Source of the DNA: Candidatus Bathyarchaeia archaeon
GTDB taxonomy: Archaea; Thermoproteota; Bathyarchaeia; 40CM-2-53-6
Length of the DNA: 64,000 nucleotides
Assembly: GCA_049513715.1 (NCBI GenBank)
Contig: JBEKVV010000005.1
Coordinates: forward strand, 128,001 to 192,000
Direction: 5' to 3'
Every line of letters starts with the position of its first letter. Positions within the stretch are counted from its first letter, which is position 1. Below, one piece after another: positions 1 to 10,539 of the stretch. The notes under the pieces are model-generated. The model worked only from the letters and a program-made list of their open reading frames with translations. It was not told the DNA's origin and made no database searches. The position numbers were made by a program, and so were the translations under genes.

Positions 1-13
1 ACTTGCTGGGGAA

Positions 14-1348
14 TTGTTGACGAAAGCGGAGAAGCTTCTTGACCAAGAAGTTCACCCCACTGTCATTGTTGAAGGTTACAAGAAAGCATCGGAGAAGGCG
101 CTGGAGATTCTCCAAAGTCTTGCAATAGACATGCAGCCCGACGACGAAAAACAACTCATGCAAGTCGCGATGACATCCCTGGAAACTAAGTCGGCTGCAG
201 AGTCCCGGGACCACTTTGCCAAACTCGCTGTGAAAGCTGTAAAACAAATCGCTGACAATCGCGACGGAAAAGTCACAGCGGATATTGACAGAGTCAAAGT
301 GCTGAAGAAGAAGGGCGAAAGCATGGAACAAAGTGAACTTGTTCGCGGGATCGTCGTGGATAAGGAAGTCTCACATCCGCAAATGCCCAAGCAAGTCAAG
401 AACGCTAAGATCGCATTGCTAAACGCAAAAGTTGAGATTGAGAAGACCGAGTTCGATGCAAAGATCAATATCAACTCCCCGGATCAGATGAAACGTTTCC
501 TAGATGAAGAAGAAAATATGCTCCGAGAGATGACGGATAAGATCAACAGGAGCGGGGCAAATGTGATTTTCTGCGAGAAAGGCATAGACGACCTTGCCCT
601 ACACTTCCTTTCAAAGAAGAACATCATGGCCGTGAAGAATATCAGCAGCGGCGACATGGAGAAACTGGCAAAGGCCACGGGGGGCGCAATCTTAGCTAGC
701 ACAAAGGACATGGCTGCAGAAGCCTTGGGTGAAGCGAAACTGGTCGAAGAGATCAAGATCGGAGACGATAAACTCGTCTACGTGCGCGACTGCAAAGACC
801 CCCGTGCCGTCACAGTCGTCATTCGAGGCGGCTCCGAGCACGTCGTTGACGAAGCCGAGAGGTCATTCCATGATGCCCTTTGCGTGGTCAGAAACGCTGT
901 TGAGGACCACAAGGTCGTGGCGGGTGGAGGAGCACCTGAAGCTGAAACAGCGAAGCAACTCCGCGACTACGCCGTAAAGGTTGGCGGTCGTGAACAATTA
1001 GCTATAGAAGCCTACGCTGAAGCACTGGAAGCGATCCCGCTCACCATCGCTGAAAATGCCGGACTCGACCCAATTGACATAATGGTCGAACTCAGGTCGA
1101 AACATGCGGAGCCAGGGAACAAGTGGTACGGAGTACAAGTGAAGACAGGGAAGATCGCCGATATGCTTGCTGATGAGGTAATTGAACCACTAAGGGTGAA
1201 ACTGCAGGTTATCAAGTCAGCCACTGAAGCGGCGAGTATGCTCCTAAGAATAGATGATGTTGTATCCTCCAAAGGCTCGAAAGAGAGCGGACCGCCCGGT
1301 GGTGGAATGCCCGGAGGCATGCCAGGCGGTATGCCGGGCATGATGTAA
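14..1348 (+). CDS. ths: Thermosome (group II chaperonin) subunit, 5'-truncated by window edge
   Basis: VAGGGAPE, IRGGSEHVVDEAERS and LLRIDDV motifs; GGMPGGM tail. Confidence 0.97.
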   Translation: MLTKAEKLLDQEVHPTVIVEGYKKASEKALEILQSLAIDMQPDDEKQLMQVAMTSLETKSAAESRDHFAKLAVKAVKQIADNRDGKVTADIDRVKVLKKKGESMEQSELVRGIVVDKEVSHPQMPKQVKNAKIALLNAKVEIEKTEFDAKININSPDQMKRFLDEEENMLREMTDKINRSGANVIFCEKGIDDLALHFLSKKNIMAVKNISSGDMEKLAKATGGAILASTKDMAAEALGEAKLVEEIKIGDDKLVYVRDCKDPRAVTVVIRGGSEHVVDEAERSFHDALCVVRNAVEDHKVVAGGGAPEAETAKQLRDYAVKVGGREQLAIEAYAEALEAIPLTIAENAGLDPIDIMVELRSKHAEPGNKWYGVQVKTGKIADMLADEVIEPLRVKLQVIKSATEAASMLLRIDDVVSSKGSKESGPPGGGMPGGMPGGMPGMM

Positions 1349-1425
1349 GCGACCTGCATCTACCCCGGAATGAATGTGGCCAAATCGCACAAACCTCAAA
1401 TTCTCAAACCTTTACACTGGCCAGT

Positions 1426-1815
1426 GTGAGCGAGATGGCTTCGAAGCTCACTCCAAACGCCATCCGACTAATTGAAGGAAACAACCTCGGCTTTCTGGCG
1501 ACCCTATTGCCCGACGGGTCGCCCCATGTTACACCCGTGTGGGTTGATCACGAAGGCGACATTGTCCTTGTCAACACTTCTGTCGGCCGAGTGAAGCAAA
1601 GGAACATTGAAAGAGACCCACGTGTCATGATTGCCATTGCGGATTCAAAGAACCCGTACGACCGTGTAATAATCCGGGGCCGGGTTCAGCAAACTTACGA
1701 GGAAGCGCATATCGATAAGCTTGCGAACAAGTACACTGGCGCAAAGAAGTATCAACGGTCATCCCCCACGGAGAAACGCGTGATCCTCAAAATAGAACCG
1801 CAGAAGATCTCGTAA
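1426..1815 (+). CDS. PPOX-class (F420-dependent) oxidoreductase
   Basis: LATLLPDGSPHVTPVW, KQRNIERDPRV. Confidence 0.9.
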   Translation: MSEMASKLTPNAIRLIEGNNLGFLATLLPDGSPHVTPVWVDHEGDIVLVNTSVGRVKQRNIERDPRVMIAIADSKNPYDRVIIRGRVQQTYEEAHIDKLANKYTGAKKYQRSSPTEKRVILKIEPQKIS

Positions 1816-1830
1816 GACCAGCAGACTCAC

Positions 1831-3018
1831 TTGAGGGTTCGACAAAACAATCGGACGGTAGGTTTCTCATTGTCTAAGGATTCTCGTTGGGGCTCCTCCC
1901 TCGACATTTTGCGAAAGCTGACGGAGTTTCCCACATACGAAGTGTCGGGAATGCGCAGCTGCGCTGAGTTTCTAGCCGGAGAACTAGAGGATCTGGGCTT
2001 CAGTTCCAAGCTGGATAAGTTGAATAGTGTCTACGCTGAGAAAACTTTTGAGGATGGCGAGGGGACTTTTCTAATCAATACGCACTTCGATACTGTTTCA
2101 TCTTCACAGAGATGGGTTAGGGACCCACTGCGTGCTTCCCTAGAAGGCGGTCGACTTTACGGCCTCGGTACTGCCGACGCCAAGGGCGGAATCGCCGCGA
2201 CGCTATATGCAATGGCTAGAATGAAGAACTGCAGGTTTCGGAAGCTTGAGGTACTTTTCTCGAACTACGAAGACAATAGCATAACTATAGATGGTGAAAC
2301 GTGGCTAGGAACTCCATATTTTCTGGTGCATAATCCGCTGAAGGCGGATGGAGGAATCAACGTGGAGGGAACCGTGAAGGGCGATAAGTTCATGGTGTCC
2401 CTTGGGTGCGGGGGCAGGGTGGGTTTCACCGTGACCACACTTGGGAGGGAAGCTCATTCCTCAGACCCACGCTTAGGCAGGAACGCGATCTACGACATGG
2501 TGAAAGTCATCGAGGCGCTTAGACGCGTCCCGCCCGCAAGGATGACTCTCGACGACCACGAAGCGTACACTGAACTCAATGTGAGCGTAATCAATGGTGG
2601 CACAGCAATCAACATAGTCCCAGGCGAGTGCAGAATAATATGTGAACGACGTGTTCTACCAAATGAAAGCTGGGACGAGGTGAAGAAAGAAGTAGACCAG
2701 GCTTTGTCCACAGTGCAAGGAGTCCACGTCAAGGTGGAGTTCAATAAACCTCAAAGGGCGTACCTTCTGGACCGGAAACACCCAACAGTGACTCTTGCAG
2801 TCGATAGCACGCTGAAAGCTGTGGGCTACAAACCCCAATTCAGGGTTGAGGCGGGGCGAACAGATTCAACTTACATCGATCAATTGGCGGGAATCAAAAC
2901 CGTAATACTAGGACCTGGGGAAACCGAAAACGAGCATGCACCAGACGAGTTCATCAACGTCAAACGTCTCGAAGAGTTCACTGAAATAATGTACCACATG
3001 CTTTCTAAACCGAACTGA
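1831..3018 (+). CDS. M20/ArgE-DapE family metallopeptidase/deacylase
   Basis: NTHFDTV, GLGTADAKGG, GREAHSS, EHAPDE; start uncertain. Confidence 0.9.
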   Translation: MRVRQNNRTVGFSLSKDSRWGSSLDILRKLTEFPTYEVSGMRSCAEFLAGELEDLGFSSKLDKLNSVYAEKTFEDGEGTFLINTHFDTVSSSQRWVRDPLRASLEGGRLYGLGTADAKGGIAATLYAMARMKNCRFRKLEVLFSNYEDNSITIDGETWLGTPYFLVHNPLKADGGINVEGTVKGDKFMVSLGCGGRVGFTVTTLGREAHSSDPRLGRNAIYDMVKVIEALRRVPPARMTLDDHEAYTELNVSVINGGTAINIVPGECRIICERRVLPNESWDEVKKEVDQALSTVQGVHVKVEFNKPQRAYLLDRKHPTVTLAVDSTLKAVGYKPQFRVEAGRTDSTYIDQLAGIKTVILGPGETENEHAPDEFINVKRLEEFTEIMYHMLSKPN

Positions 3019-3094
3019 TCAACTCAAATCAGAAGAGATTGAAGACCGAGCCTTAACATCCACGGCGCGCTCTGCTAAGCTTTTGCTCTCACGA

Positions 3095-4990
3095 TTAGAG
3101 TCTGGAGATTGATTTTTTGTGACCAGTATTCCTTTTTCGAGCACTTCGAGCGAGTTGTAATGTGGAGACAAGAAGAGTTAGGAGTATGACCTGAATTCCC
3201 ATTGGGAACTCTGGGACGGCCACGGTTGACTGAAGCGTTCTAGTGGCTCCGTCGAGGGCACTTAACCAATTGGAGCCCAAGTCAGTGACATAGATTTCAT
3301 TCTTGGCTAGGTTTAGGGCGACACCGAAGGGAGTGTATCCCGTTGGAATATCGCCTGCCAATTCGCCTGTTATGCCATCGAATATGAAGATAGCATTGGC
3401 TTGTGCGTTTGCCACGTAGACCGACCCATCGAGCGGGCTGACAGCAATCCCATTCATGGCATACCCAACTGGGATACGACCAATAATGCTTCCACCTGAA
3501 CCGTCAATGATGAGGATCGAGTATGTCCCAATCCCTGTCACGTAAATTCTGTTGGTTGTTGGGTCAACCGCGATCCCCACAGGCATGAAGCTGATAGGGA
3601 TGGTTTGGACCACAAGATTACTTGAACCGTCAATTACCGAAACTGAGTACCCCCCCAAGTTGGCCACGTACACCATGTTTGTGATGGGATTGACTGCAAC
3701 TGCTGAGGGAAATTTCAGTGTTACGTTCCCGATTATCGTATCTGTTGAGGTGTCGATGACGTACAACGTGTTTGAAGCAAGGTCTGTGACATACAATCTG
3801 CTCGAATTTGAGTTCACTGCCACCCCAAACGAAGTATACCCTACAGGAATTGCTCCGAGCAGGACCTTGTCGGTTTCGTCTACCACGAGAACTGAATGAC
3901 TCTGAACGTGCGTAACGTAGACCACGTTGAGGTGTGAATCAAAAGCTACTCCGGATGGAGGTTTGCTGACTGAGATGTGGTCCAAGACCGCATCATTGGA
4001 ACCATCTATGACCAAGAGCGAGTACGCTCCGGCATCGGTAACATATATCCGGTTGGTGTTCGGGTTGGTTTCCACACCGTAAGGTGAAAATTGCCCGCTG
4101 ATTGTAGCTACGATAGTGTTGGTCGACCCGTCGATAACGCTAATTGAATTGGACTGAAAGTTGGCGACGTAGATCTTGTCGGTTACAGGGTTCACAGCCA
4201 AACCAATCGGAAAATAACCCACATTCACATCCGCCATAACTTGGTTCGTTGATCCATCGATTGCGAAAACAGCGTTTCTTCCGACACTCGTAACGTAAAC
4301 CATACCGGTCTGTTGGTCAACGGTCACGCCCCAAGGGAATGGTACGGATACTACACCAGAAACAGCGTTTGATGAACCATTGATGACAGACAATGTATCA
4401 GACCCGAGGTTTGCTACATACACAGTGTCGGTTTTTGCGTTGACCGCAACGCCGAATGGATTAAGGCCGACGTGCAGCGTGGCAACAACCTGATTGCTCG
4501 AACCGTCAATTACTGATACAGAGTTCGACTGGAGGTTAGAAACGTATATGCGGTTAGTTGTTGGGTTTACCGCAACACCAGATGGCAAATTGCCAACGAG
4601 AATCGTCGCGACCAGACTATCGGTCGACCCGTCTACTACCGAAGTCGAATTCGAACCTAGATTGGTGACATAGATCATGTTCGATGTGGGATTTACCGCG
4701 ACGCCCGCTGGGATGCTGCCCACTTGTACGCTGTCAAGCTCTGTGTCAGTAGGTCCGTCGAATGCGTAGAGGGACTGCGTCCACCCGTTTGCTACGTATA
4801 CTCTGTTTGTTATAGGATTCACTGCGACCCCGTAGGTATTGGGGTTGACAGCGACACTTGACGGACCTGCAGCAGGCGCGAGCGCCGTTCCACTAATAGG
4901 TGACGCAAGAGTGCTAGGTATTTGACCGAGGGTTGTTAAGGCGAGTATGGCAACGATCACGATGACGAGTTGCAAGGTTCGCACGTTCAA
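3095..4990 (-). CDS. Secreted YVTN/YncE beta-propeller repeat surface protein with PEF-CTERM-like tail
   Basis: Signal peptide; repeated P.GVAVNP.TN.IYV.N..SNSVSVIDG units; C-terminal VPEFP + hydrophobic helix + basic residues. Confidence 0.9.
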   Translation of the reverse strand: MNVRTLQLVIVIVAILALTTLGQIPSTLASPISGTALAPAAGPSSVAVNPNTYGVAVNPITNRVYVANGWTQSLYAFDGPTDTELDSVQVGSIPAGVAVNPTSNMIYVTNLGSNSTSVVDGSTDSLVATILVGNLPSGVAVNPTTNRIYVSNLQSNSVSVIDGSSNQVVATLHVGLNPFGVAVNAKTDTVYVANLGSDTLSVINGSSNAVSGVVSVPFPWGVTVDQQTGMVYVTSVGRNAVFAIDGSTNQVMADVNVGYFPIGLAVNPVTDKIYVANFQSNSISVIDGSTNTIVATISGQFSPYGVETNPNTNRIYVTDAGAYSLLVIDGSNDAVLDHISVSKPPSGVAFDSHLNVVYVTHVQSHSVLVVDETDKVLLGAIPVGYTSFGVAVNSNSSRLYVTDLASNTLYVIDTSTDTIIGNVTLKFPSAVAVNPITNMVYVANLGGYSVSVIDGSSNLVVQTIPISFMPVGIAVDPTTNRIYVTGIGTYSILIIDGSGGSIIGRIPVGYAMNGIAVSPLDGSVYVANAQANAIFIFDGITGELAGDIPTGYTPFGVALNLAKNEIYVTDLGSNWLSALDGATRTLQSTVAVPEFPMGIQVILLTLLVSTLQLARSARKRNTGHKKSISRL

Positions 4991-5005
4991 CTCACATCAT
5001 CTGCG

Positions 5006-6610
5006 CTAATTCACAATCCATATGGATTGTTCTCGCATAAATTGTGGTATGTAGTTTGGGCCAAGCGCACTCTTGCCTGTGGAGCCGCTGCCTTTCCATC
5101 CACCGAACGAGTTTACGCCAGGCCAGGCACCAGTTGTAGCTCCGGCGCGGCGGTTTGAGTAGGTTACTCCTGCTTGGATGTGGTCGAAGAAGTATTGCCT
5201 TTCATCCTTGTTTCTCGTGTAAATTCCCGCGCATAAGCCGTACTCGCTATCGTTTGCGAGTTTCATTGATTCCTCGAATGAGTCTACTCCTGCTACGACG
5301 AGGAAAGGGACGAAGAGCTCTTCCCTGAAGATTCTGTGAGTGACGGGAAGGCCGTCGACGATGGCGGGTTCAACAAAGTAGCCTTTCGAAAACTCGCCGG
5401 TGGTCAGTGCGTTTCCACCACAGACGAATTTGCCACCATCACGCCTCGCTTCGTCTGCTGCTTGGGTGTATGTTTCGACAGCTCCTTTGTTGACTAATGG
5501 GCCGAGGGAAACTTCTTTCCTGGTTGGGTCGCCAACTTTCACACATTTCTCAGTATATGCTTTCAGGGCGACCAGAAACTTGTCTTTTACACGGTTGTCC
5601 ACATAGACCCGCGAGCATGCGCTACACTTCTGCCCCCCAAACCCGAACGCGGCCCGCACTATTCCTTCGGCAGCCTCGTCGAGGTCGGCGCTGCTGGTTA
5701 CGATGGCCGGGTTCTTGCCACCCATCTCCGTAATCACTGGTTTCGGAAAATCCCTGGCGAACCGATGGTAGAGATCCATGCCGACAGCTTTAGACCCTGT
5801 GAAAATCAACCCATCAACATCTTTGTTCTCCTGCAACTCCGCGCCAACGGTTCCACCGGGGCCTGTGATAAAATTGAGGACCCCACGGGGTATCCCAGCG
5901 TCGATGTAAGCACGAGCCAATTCATAGCCTAAAACTGGCGATTCACTTGAAGGTTTGAAGACGACTGTGTTCCCAGCGACTAATGCGCCTGCGGTCATTC
6001 CCGCGGCCAGCGCGAATGGGAAGTTCCATGGCGCAATTACTGCCCAAACACCATAAGGCCTCAACACACTGAATGTTTCCTGCTTGGGGCCCGGTGATTC
6101 GAGCACAAGAACGAAACCTTTGTTTTGCTCAATTTGCTCGCAGTAATACCGAATGAGCTCTGCCCCTTCGTTGACTTCCGCCAATGCTTCGGAGCGATTC
6201 TTTCCTACCTCAAAAGCCATCCATGCACACAATTCGTAACGTCGGTTGATAATTAAGTCGGCTGCTTTGCGCAGTATGTGCACCCGTTCCTTGTACGATG
6301 TTGCGCTCCATGCCCGAAAAGAATCACGTGCTGCCGTGACCGCTGACTTGGCGTCCTCGCGGGTTCCCTTTGGAAAGTGACTAACGATAATCGCTGTGTC
6401 CACCGGGCTTGGATGCGACATTGATTCTCCCGTCGAAGCCCATTTCTCACCGTTGACATACATCGGAAACCGATTACCAAGCTTCGTTCGCACATCCTTT
6501 ACGGCCAAGTCGTAGGCTTGATCATCCTTCGGCGTTATCGTCATCGTCGCATAGGTGATACGAGGACCCTTAGACGTCTTCTTGCCAGCTCGTTTTGATG
6601 GAACCAACAA
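5006..6610 (-). CDS. Aldehyde dehydrogenase, 1-pyrroline-5-carboxylate dehydrogenase-like
   Basis: APWNFP, FTGS, EMGGKN, GQKCSACSR, EELFVP, FGGWKGSG. Confidence 0.85.
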   Translation of the reverse strand: MLVPSKRAGKKTSKGPRITYATMTITPKDDQAYDLAVKDVRTKLGNRFPMYVNGEKWASTGESMSHPSPVDTAIIVSHFPKGTREDAKSAVTAARDSFRAWSATSYKERVHILRKAADLIINRRYELCAWMAFEVGKNRSEALAEVNEGAELIRYYCEQIEQNKGFVLVLESPGPKQETFSVLRPYGVWAVIAPWNFPFALAAGMTAGALVAGNTVVFKPSSESPVLGYELARAYIDAGIPRGVLNFITGPGGTVGAELQENKDVDGLIFTGSKAVGMDLYHRFARDFPKPVITEMGGKNPAIVTSSADLDEAAEGIVRAAFGFGGQKCSACSRVYVDNRVKDKFLVALKAYTEKCVKVGDPTRKEVSLGPLVNKGAVETYTQAADEARRDGGKFVCGGNALTTGEFSKGYFVEPAIVDGLPVTHRIFREELFVPFLVVAGVDSFEESMKLANDSEYGLCAGIYTRNKDERQYFFDHIQAGVTYSNRRAGATTGAWPGVNSFGGWKGSGSTGKSALGPNYIPQFMREQSIWIVN

Positions 6611-6751
6611 TCGTGCCTCTAAGAAAGCCGCGTGTCCCCATATGTATTTCAGTGTTATGCACTGCCTTCACCAACAGTTACACTGCTCGCGAGCAAACCC
6701 AAAAGAAGATTTACATTCACAAACCAATCACTAAGTACACAGGAGTATCAA

Positions 6752-6928
6752 ATGTCGACTGTTGGCGAACCCGAGAAAGGTAAGTGGAGATTCTCACATG
6801 TTAGTTTCTACACTGAGAGTGTCTGCGAGACCTTCACAGATGATAAGGGTAAAGATCACTATCGATGGCAATACCCAGATGGGAAAATGGAGTACATCTG
6901 TGTATGCCACAGATTCCTGAACAGATAG
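6752..6928 (+). CDS. Small hypothetical protein (58 aa, C/CxCH residues)
   Basis: ATG at 6752 preceded by AGGAG; in frame with the 6632-6928 ORF. Confidence 0.5.
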   Translation: MSTVGEPEKGKWRFSHVSFYTESVCETFTDDKGKDHYRWQYPDGKMEYICVCHRFLNR

Positions 6929-6982
6929 ATGGCTGCGGTAGAAGTGCAAAAATGGAAAAGGGGAACGCCCAAGAATGCGTAC

Positions 6983-7084
6983 TCAGCTTGGTTTTCGGCT
7001 GGATTTTATCTTCTTCCTGTGACGTTGTTTATTCTTCTGGCGCCTGCGAATCCTGAACGCGGTTCTGCTTAACCTGTGTGGCAT
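6983..7084 (-). CDS. Very small, highly basic protein (33 aa)
   Basis: Manual translation MPHRLSRTAFRIRRRQKNKQRHRKKIKSSRKPS; G-rich RBS-like and TTTAAC box upstream. Confidence 0.5.
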   Translation of the reverse strand: MPHRLSRTAFRIRRRQKNKQRHRKKIKSSRKPS

Positions 7085-7343
7085 CCTTTGCCAACCCCTT
7101 TGATACCGGGCGTGCACATGCTCAGGCATATGTTAAAGCTAATCGGTTCACATCTTTCTGCCGAAAACTAGAACTTGCTCGGTCAAAGCTACGGCATTGC
7201 TAAGGATCGGGAAGTTCCCTTCTTGCCATGCGAACCATCATGGGGAATCTCAACTGGGAACATTCCCTGAAATTTGACAGAACCCAGAACGCAATTGCCA
7301 TATTGCCTTCAGATTGTTGAGGCCGCACGCCGGTGGTTGAAAC

Positions 7344-7727
7344 TTGTCAATTAAGGAGCTTTCGAGAAAAGGCTCAGCCCAATGCCAAGAGGCGTTCGCA
7401 CTCCTGAGGGAGCAGATGAAGTCTCTAGGGAATGTCGAAGAGACGGTTGAGTATGAACCGCTGAAGGAAAGTGAAGCGCCGACCTACAATGTGAACGAGA
7501 CGCCAAGAGTTCGAGTTTTCTTCGGCGAAAAGTTAGAGGTTTTCCTCTTCATTCCTGAGACGTCCGTTGCAAGCATCAAGTCAGATAGTACGGTATCTGA
7601 AGCCCTGAGGGCGTGGGTTGACAGGGCGCAGCTTGGCGGCATGAGCCGGCTCCTTCGAGTTCAATTGGCAACCAGGAAGGATGTCGAGGTACTGCTCCCT
7701 CTGATTACAGCGGTAATTCGACAGTAA
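7344..7727 (+). CDS. Hypothetical protein
   Basis: 127-aa ORF filling an intergenic gap; GGTGG upstream. Confidence 0.6.
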   Translation: MSIKELSRKGSAQCQEAFALLREQMKSLGNVEETVEYEPLKESEAPTYNVNETPRVRVFFGEKLEVFLFIPETSVASIKSDSTVSEALRAWVDRAQLGGMSRLLRVQLATRKDVEVLLPLITAVIRQ

Positions 7728-7751
7728 CTTCGTTGAGATTTTGAGGGCTGC

Positions 7752-8141
7752 TCAGACAGTCTCATTGTAGGCTCTGATGAATTCCTCATCCACTACGCCT
7801 GAAACAACCTTCTCTGTTCCATCAGGGAGAACAATCGATAGGCCGGCTGCGTGGTATGGCAGTTCGTACCTCTGGAGCCTTTCAGGGTCGTCGGTTTCGT
7901 AGGCTTTAATCCATTTCCCATTCTGTTGCCGGTAGCAGAGGACCTTTCGAAGTCTTCTCTCTCCCACCCCACCAACTCGGCCCCCTGCAGCGCCTGGTGC
8001 CTCTGCGGGCAGTTCGAGCACGTAGACTCCGTTCGTTCCGTCATTATTGCTGAGGTCGATTGAGTGTTCAGCAACGAATATCCTTCTGCCCCCTTCGCTC
8101 GCCAGCTGCGCAAGCTCTTCTAAGGGGGTCACAGAATGCAC
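7752..8141 (-). CDS. Hypothetical protein
   Basis: 129-aa ORF with GAGGG RBS. Confidence 0.65.
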   Translation of the reverse strand: MHSVTPLEELAQLASEGGRRIFVAEHSIDLSNNDGTNGVYVLELPAEAPGAAGGRVGGVGERRLRKVLCYRQQNGKWIKAYETDDPERLQRYELPYHAAGLSIVLPDGTEKVVSGVVDEEFIRAYNETV

Positions 8142-8185
8142 ACGACCCTCAAATGGGGGACGTTACTGTTCGGATCAAAAGATGA

Positions 8186-8845
8186 CTAGGAGATTTGTGG
8201 AACTGCTGATTTCAGAGAAGCTTGAAGCACCGTCAAAGTGCCCGTTTTTCGGCTGAGGGACAGTTGGATTTCTCCCCTGAAGCTCCTGACTCTTGCATCA
8301 TGGACCTGCACAACGTCTCCCTCCGAGATTGTGTGGATTTGACTATTCCAAACAACTAGAGGAATCTCGCCAGTTCCATCCGAGAGCGTAACTGTACAAA
8401 CCAGGAGCGGGTTTCCGTCCCGGGACGTAACGGCCCTGACCTCCGATTTCCTAACAACGTTCGCCTTGAAGGACACGCCTTTCAAACCGTACTTCAAGCC
8501 GCTAATCTGCCTCTCAGATTGGCCATTCGAATCATCTCGATCATCATCGAGGTTTCGAAATTCGTCAGGCAGGTTCTTCAGTTTCTTAACAGTTTCGTCT
8601 GGAATCTCAGCTTGGCCCAAGGGTCTGCCTTCGAGGGAGAACATGTAGGTTGCAGAGGACTCACCCTGCATCCTAGTTTCGATAATAAATTTCCCGCGGC
8701 GTGCGTTACCACGTCTTCGTGCAGCGAGCATTGTTGAATGGAGAAGCAAAGGGTCGAGGTTGTGCTTCCTGGACATTTGAAGTAGGTATATGAGATCTCT
8801 GTCTTGACCACGTGTTTTCGGTGCACTTCGGAGCGCTGTTAACAT
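8186..8845 (-). CDS. OB-fold nucleic-acid-binding (SSB/RPA-like) domain protein with unknown N-terminal domain
   Basis: C-terminal LSDGTGEIPLVVWN...ARVRSFRGEIQLS OB-fold signature. Confidence 0.8.
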   Translation of the reverse strand: MLTALRSAPKTRGQDRDLIYLLQMSRKHNLDPLLLHSTMLAARRRGNARRGKFIIETRMQGESSATYMFSLEGRPLGQAEIPDETVKKLKNLPDEFRNLDDDRDDSNGQSERQISGLKYGLKGVSFKANVVRKSEVRAVTSRDGNPLLVCTVTLSDGTGEIPLVVWNSQIHTISEGDVVQVHDARVRSFRGEIQLSLSRKTGTLTVLQASLKSAVPQIS

Positions 8846-8942
8846 GGCAAACCCGCAGCCGATATGGCATCATCAGTATTAAAGAGAACCGAAAAAGGAA
8901 ATTAAGGGAAACCCAAGAGAGCCCGGATTGGGCTCTGTTCCT

Positions 8943-9443
8943 TCATCCATTGGATTGGGCCCTTTTCCCTAGCTCAACATCGAGCATGAATATGGCACCG
9001 CCGTCACTCCCGAGGAGTTCAAGCCTCTGTAGGGTAGCAAAGGCGCTGGCTTCCTCTTCGACTTGCTCTTTTATGAACCATTGAAGAAAAACCTCGGTCG
9101 CATGATCTTTCTCGGACTTCGCCAACTCAAATAGTTCCGTTATGGCCTTCGTTACCTTCTGTTCATGCTGATACGCGTCCTCGAAGACGTTCTTGTGTGA
9201 GTTCCAGTTCGATGGAGGTGCGTCCAGTTTCTCGAGCACAATCTTCCCTCCTCGTTCCAATAGGTAATCGTACAATTTCATTGCATGACCGGATTCTTCG
9301 CCGGCTTGCATTCGCATCCAATGGGCGAATCCTTTCAGGTTTGCCGATTCGAAATGGGCGGCCATGGCCAAGTACAGGTAATACGAGTAGAATTCCTTGT
9401 TAATCTGACCGTTAATGACCCTTTCAACTCTCTCATTAATCAT
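8943..9443 (-). CDS. ftnA: Non-heme ferritin
   Basis: QINKEFYS.YLY, EESGHAMK, HEQKVT, FLQWFIKEQVEEE ferroxidase motifs. Confidence 0.93.
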   Translation of the reverse strand: MINERVERVINGQINKEFYSYYLYLAMAAHFESANLKGFAHWMRMQAGEESGHAMKLYDYLLERGGKIVLEKLDAPPSNWNSHKNVFEDAYQHEQKVTKAITELFELAKSEKDHATEVFLQWFIKEQVEEEASAFATLQRLELLGSDGGAIFMLDVELGKRAQSNG

Positions 9444-9518
9444 GGTTAATCCAACAACTCCGCAGTCGCAAGCTTTCCCTCAAGGCGAATATAACAGTGG
9501 TGATATTTCCGTTGCCGT

Positions 9519-9911
9519 CTACTTTGTGAACTCGCGCTTGTCGACGTACACGCTAATTGACCTTAGGTAGGAAGGCGCGTTGCCTGCTGGGCCCGCAGTG
9601 GTGAAGAGGCTGTCGACGTGGAACTTGAAGTGCGCATCTCTGTTGGTCCCCGCGTAAGTTATCAGAACCTCACCCGGCCTGCCGGAACTAGTCTTCTCAT
9701 GCCTAATGGTTATGTTTTTGTCGCGCTCGCTGAACCAGGATTCAATTTCCTTTCTCATTGTTGGCTCGACCGATTCGAAGGGAATTCCCTTGTGCGTTTG
9801 CTCAAACTTGGCGGTCAGCCCTTTGCGGCATTCCTTAGCTAAGTTGGTCATGTATGTGAAGGCCTTCTCAACCAACTCCTTGCCTGATTTAACATCCGTC
9901 ACTGCTCGCAC
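9519..9911 (-). CDS. Hypothetical protein
   Basis: 130-aa ORF co-oriented with its neighbours. Confidence 0.65.
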   Translation of the reverse strand: MRAVTDVKSGKELVEKAFTYMTNLAKECRKGLTAKFEQTHKGIPFESVEPTMRKEIESWFSERDKNITIRHEKTSSGRPGEVLITYAGTNRDAHFKFHVDSLFTTAGPAGNAPSYLRSISVYVDKREFTK

Positions 9912-9923
9912 CTTAGGTCAGGA

Positions 9924-10331
9924 CTATTGCTTTCTCTTCCCGAAATACTCTTTCAATGGCCAGTAGAAGTCTATCCAACCTTCACGGTATGAAGCTGCTT
10001 GTTCTTTAGGGACGTTTGAATGGATCATAGTCAGCTCAGTCCCATTGTTTTTTTCTTTGAAGGAAAACTCTACCGTCGAGGGCATGTATCCCGCTGGCCA
10101 TTCCGAGGTTTTCCACTCCTGCACTATTCGCTTGCTCTTTTCGAGCTTCAAGTTTGTTCCTGTGATGTATCCGTCCCACGCAGTGAACTTGCCGCCCACT
10201 TTCGGGTCGCAGGTTGCCTTGGCCCCAGTGAAGGCCATGTGCTCGGCCTCATCTATGAGTGCGTTGTAGACTTGCGCAGGTTTTACTGGAAAGAGCACCT
10301 TCTGTTTGATTATGACTGTGGTTTTGGCCAC
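9924..10331 (-). CDS. SRPBCC/AHSA1-like domain protein
   Basis: GGKFTAWDGYITG, RIVQEW, GWIDFYW. Confidence 0.88.
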   Translation of the reverse strand: MAKTTVIIKQKVLFPVKPAQVYNALIDEAEHMAFTGAKATCDPKVGGKFTAWDGYITGTNLKLEKSKRIVQEWKTSEWPAGYMPSTVEFSFKEKNNGTELTMIHSNVPKEQAASYREGWIDFYWPLKEYFGKRKQ

Positions 10332-10539
10332 CTCAACCGCCTAGGGAGTGGGTTCCTAGTGCGGAACGACTATAAGTTTTCCACAAGTCATGTGGGGTGA
10401 AGGGCAAACAACCCAACTCAGCTTGTCATCAATATCAGCCCTCTTAGGGAACAACGAGCAATGATTTTCCGTGCTGAGAATAACGATAGCAAGAAAAGCA
10501 TGGAAAGGCTTTAGTTTCATGTGCCGCGGTTGAGCTGAG

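Noticed and set aside
1297..1345. Short tandem repeats at the thermosome 3' end
   Set aside because: Ordinary GGMP chaperonin tail.
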